DNA of 56,520 nucleotides, taken from a virus. Lineage: Duplodnaviria; Caudoviricetes. The notes beneath the pieces were generated by a model. It did not search any database. It was not told where the DNA came from and saw only the letters and a list, made by a program, of their open reading frames with translations. Position numbers and translations under genes: made by a program. The DNA is taken from the IMG/VR virus record IMGVR_UViG_3300034072_001152, positions 1-56,520 of that record. One strand, 5' to 3'. Below are positions 54,018 through 56,520 of this stretch, one piece after another; positions within the stretch are counted from its first letter, which is position 1, and each line of letters opens with the position of its first letter.

Positions 54018-56520
54018 ATGTCACAATCATCTGTTTTTCCGATTTTTTTGCGAGCCGAATACCGCGATAGCACCGCGCTTCAACGCTTTCAGAGCGATGC
54101 GCAGCGGGCTGCGCAGGCCGCCAAGCGCGAGTTTCAGGGGGTGAAGGCGGCGCTCGACGCGGCTCTGACACGACCTCGCACCAGTGGCGGCAGCCTAGAC
54201 CTAGGGGTTGATGAGCTTCGCCGGGCAGCGCAGGCTCAGCAGGAGGTCGCTGCAGCGGCGAGACAGGTTGCCGAGGCGACCCGGCGAGCAGCACAGGCCA
54301 GCGGGAGCTTTGACGCCTCGCTCTCCCGGTCGACCCGTGCGGCCTTCGAGTATGCGAACGCGCAGGAACGCTCGTCGCGCGAGATGCTTGAGCAGCTCTC
54401 TCTTCTCGACCGCGTGCAGGCTGAGCTAAATCAGGTCGCCAGCGCGTCGGATGCGGTCACGGCAGCGAACCGACGCGGCACCTCGGTATCGGGGCAACAG
54501 CGGCAGGGATTGCAACAGCTCTCGTTTCAGCTGAATGACGTGGCGACGCAATTCGCCCTTGGAGCGAGCGCCACCCAGATTTTCGCGGCGCAGTCGGGTC
54601 AGGTTATCCAGGCGTTGCAGACGATGACGGGAGGCACCAGCCGCCTAGCTGCCTTCCTCGGTGGGCCTTGGGGGTTGGCACTCACCTCGGCCGCGATCGT
54701 CGTTTCACCCTTCATCGGCAGGCTGTTCGAGGCGGGTGAGGCCAGCGACAAGATGAGCAAGGCGCTCGATCAGGCCCGGTTCGCGAGTGACGGCATGGCC
54801 TCGGCTCAGAGCATCCTCGGCGATGTCATCGATCTGACGACCGGCAGGATGAAGGACCAGACCAATCAGGCGGTCATACTCGCGCGGGCTCAGCTGCAGC
54901 TGGCCGAGGTCCGGGCCCGGGTTGCAGCGAATGAAGCGCGCACCACGTTGCAGGGTGCTGCACGGCGGACCACCCAAGTCGATATTGCATCGGCTGGCAC
55001 TGGAAGTTTCGGCGGCACCGTGTTCCGCAGTGTCCGGCGCCCGACTATCTCAGCAGCCGCGGCGCGACAGGCCCTTGCAGGTGATACGCAGGGGGCCCTC
55101 GATGCGCTGAAGGAAGCGGTCGACACGGGCAAGACGACTGCGGCGATCTACGCCGAGACGGCAACGGCGATCGCAAACCTCGGTGCCGAGACTGAAAACA
55201 TGAAGCGGTTCGGCGACGCGCTGCGGGCCTTGGAAGGCGACCAGAGTGCTCTGCGCCAGTTCATCCGTCCTGACAGATCTCGCACGCCGCGCGGTGGCGA
55301 TGAAGCCAAGCGCCAGGCACGGGAGGCGGAACGGCTGGCCACGTTCGGCGAGCAGGCGGCGGAGAGTATCGCCCGGTTGAACGAGCGGTTCGACGAGCAG
55401 CCCCGTTTGATCGATCAGGCATCGCAGGCAACGCGGCAGCTCGATGCGCTGATTTCCGACCTCAGCGAGCGCAAGCCCGCCAACTTCGAGGCTCTGATCG
55501 CCGATGCGGAGAAGGCCAAGGCGACCGTGCAAGCGGCGCTGACCCGTCCCTTCGACGACTTGCGGCGCGAGAGCGAGGAACGCCTTGAGATTGAGCAGCT
55601 GCTCGCGCAAGGCCGGGAAGATGAGGCCGTCGCCTTGCAAGAGGTCTTGCGCCTGAAGCGGCAGATCGGCGGCGTTACCGAAGAGCAGCGCGCCGAGGTC
55701 GAGGCGATCGTTCGGGCCGAAGCGGCCAAGACCCGTGAGCTTCGGGTGCAGCAACAGCTGTTCGCCGCACAACTCGAAGTGATCGACACGGTGCAGCGCT
55801 CGCTCACCGATTTGCTGAGCGGTCGCTCGACCGATTTCTTCGGGGATTTCCGGCAAGCCCTTCGCGACCTGCAAGGGCAACGGCTCTTCGAAAACATCTT
55901 CGGAGAGGCCTTCAGGGGCATCCGGGATGAGCTTCAGGCCAACACGCCGCTTGGCAGGGCGAACAAGGCGCTGGCGGACGAGACGAACAAGGCGGCGCAG
56001 ACCGTCAGTGTTGCGAAAGATGCGCTCGCTGATTTGGCCGACGCTTTTGCTCAGGGTGCAGCCCGCATTCGCAATGGTGGGGCCGCAAACGACAACGGCT
56101 TTGCAGCGGCGTTCGGCAACGGTGCTTCGGTAGGAGCCGGTGCGCTAGGGCTGGGCGGTGCGGCGCAGCGCTTCTTGAACAGCGCCCGAGGTAACGAAAT
56201 CCTTGTCGAAGCCAAGATCGCCCGCAACTCAGTGACCGATCTTGCCAAGCTCATCAGCACGGGCATCGGTGACAGCATCGGAGAGCAGCTCGAGGATGTG
56301 CTGGGCACACGCTTTGCGCAGGTCCTTGGCGACACCATCGGCGGCTTTATCGCCGGCAAGACGCTTGGCGGCACCACGGGCGGCATCTTGGGCGCGCTTG
56401 AGGGCCTGACCGGAAGCATCAAGGGGCTTGAGGGCCTTTCCGAGACGTTCGGCGCTTTCCTGAACGGCTCGGCCATCGGTTCGCAGGTTTCCGGCATCAG
56501 CAAGGCTCTCGGCATCGGCG
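54018..56520 (+). CDS. Tail tape measure protein, N-terminal part (about 1236 aa in total across the origin)
   Basis: Open from ATG 54018 to the contig end; LSFQLNDVATQFALG..QIFAAQSGQV lambda-type TMP motif; Ala-rich helical. Confidence 0.88.
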   Translation, partial: MSQSSVFPIFLRAEYRDSTALQRFQSDAQRAAQAAKREFQGVKAALDAALTRPRTSGGSLDLGVDELRRAAQAQQEVAAAARQVAEATRRAAQASGSFDASLSRSTRAAFEYANAQERSSREMLEQLSLLDRVQAELNQVASASDAVTAANRRGTSVSGQQRQGLQQLSFQLNDVATQFALGASATQIFAAQSGQVIQALQTMTGGTSRLAAFLGGPWGLALTSAAIVVSPFIGRLFEAGEASDKMSKALDQARFASDGMASAQSILGDVIDLTTGRMKDQTNQAVILARAQLQLAEVRARVAANEARTTLQGAARRTTQVDIASAGTGSFGGTVFRSVRRPTISAAAARQALAGDTQGALDALKEAVDTGKTTAAIYAETATAIANLGAETENMKRFGDALRALEGDQSALRQFIRPDRSRTPRGGDEAKRQAREAERLATFGEQAAESIARLNERFDEQPRLIDQASQATRQLDALISDLSERKPANFEALIADAEKAKATVQAALTRPFDDLRRESEERLEIEQLLAQGREDEAVALQEVLRLKRQIGGVTEEQRAEVEAIVRAEAAKTRELRVQQQLFAAQLEVIDTVQRSLTDLLSGRSTDFFGDFRQALRDLQGQRLFENIFGEAFRGIRDELQANTPLGRANKALADETNKAAQTVSVAKDALADLADAFAQGAARIRNGGAANDNGFAAAFGNGASVGAGALGLGGAAQRFLNSARGNEILVEAKIARNSVTDLAKLISTGIGDSIGEQLEDVLGTRFAQVLGDTIGGFIAGKTLGGTTGGILGALEGLTGSIKGLEGLSETFGAFLNGSAIGSQVSGISKALGIG
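56394..56520. repeat. Terminal duplication identical to 1..127
   Basis: Exact identity. Confidence 0.95.

Noticed and set aside
56394-56520. 127-nt terminal repeat as a biological direct terminal repeat
   Set aside because: It falls mid-gene and in frame, and its length equals a common assembly k-mer; best read as circular overlap.
1-56520. Diversity-generating retroelement or retron
   Set aside because: No reverse transcriptase ORF and no TR/VR pair were seen.

Overview
A complete, circularly assembled temperate siphovirus genome of about 56.4 kb. The last 127 nt duplicate the first 127 nt, and the tape measure gene runs across the join. The host is probably an alphaproteobacterium (inferred). 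Modules: lambda-like head genes (gpA-type terminase with a LAGLIDADG intein, portal, S49 protease, decoration and capsid proteins); a lysis cassette between terminase and portal; tail genes; a tyrosine integrase with an intact attP that is the 3' half of tRNA-Val(TAC); a cI/cro switch with four visible operators; RecET-like recombination and DnaB/DUF1376 replication genes; four HNH-AP2 endonucleases; and a leftward accessory region (about 7-16.3 kb) with an Ocr-like DNA mimic, a beta-clamp fusion and a strand-biased GGGRTAG motif. The main finding is a self-contained cassette (52.4-54.0 kb) just before the tape measure gene. It has an RHH regulator, a promoter and structured leader, a stand-alone Cas7/RAMP-like gene, a partner gene, a non-coding array of GGY-NN pentamers in two units, and a terminator. 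Reading only the variable NN dinucleotides and skipping every third target base, both units are complementary to the sense strand of the tape measure gene at codon positions 1+2 (22/28 and 18/24 nt). This points to a non-CRISPR RNA-guided system with a gapped code, probably aimed at related competitor phages. It resembles what I recall being reported recently as VIPR, which I could not verify here. All protein assignments come from motif recognition by eye; no database searches were run.
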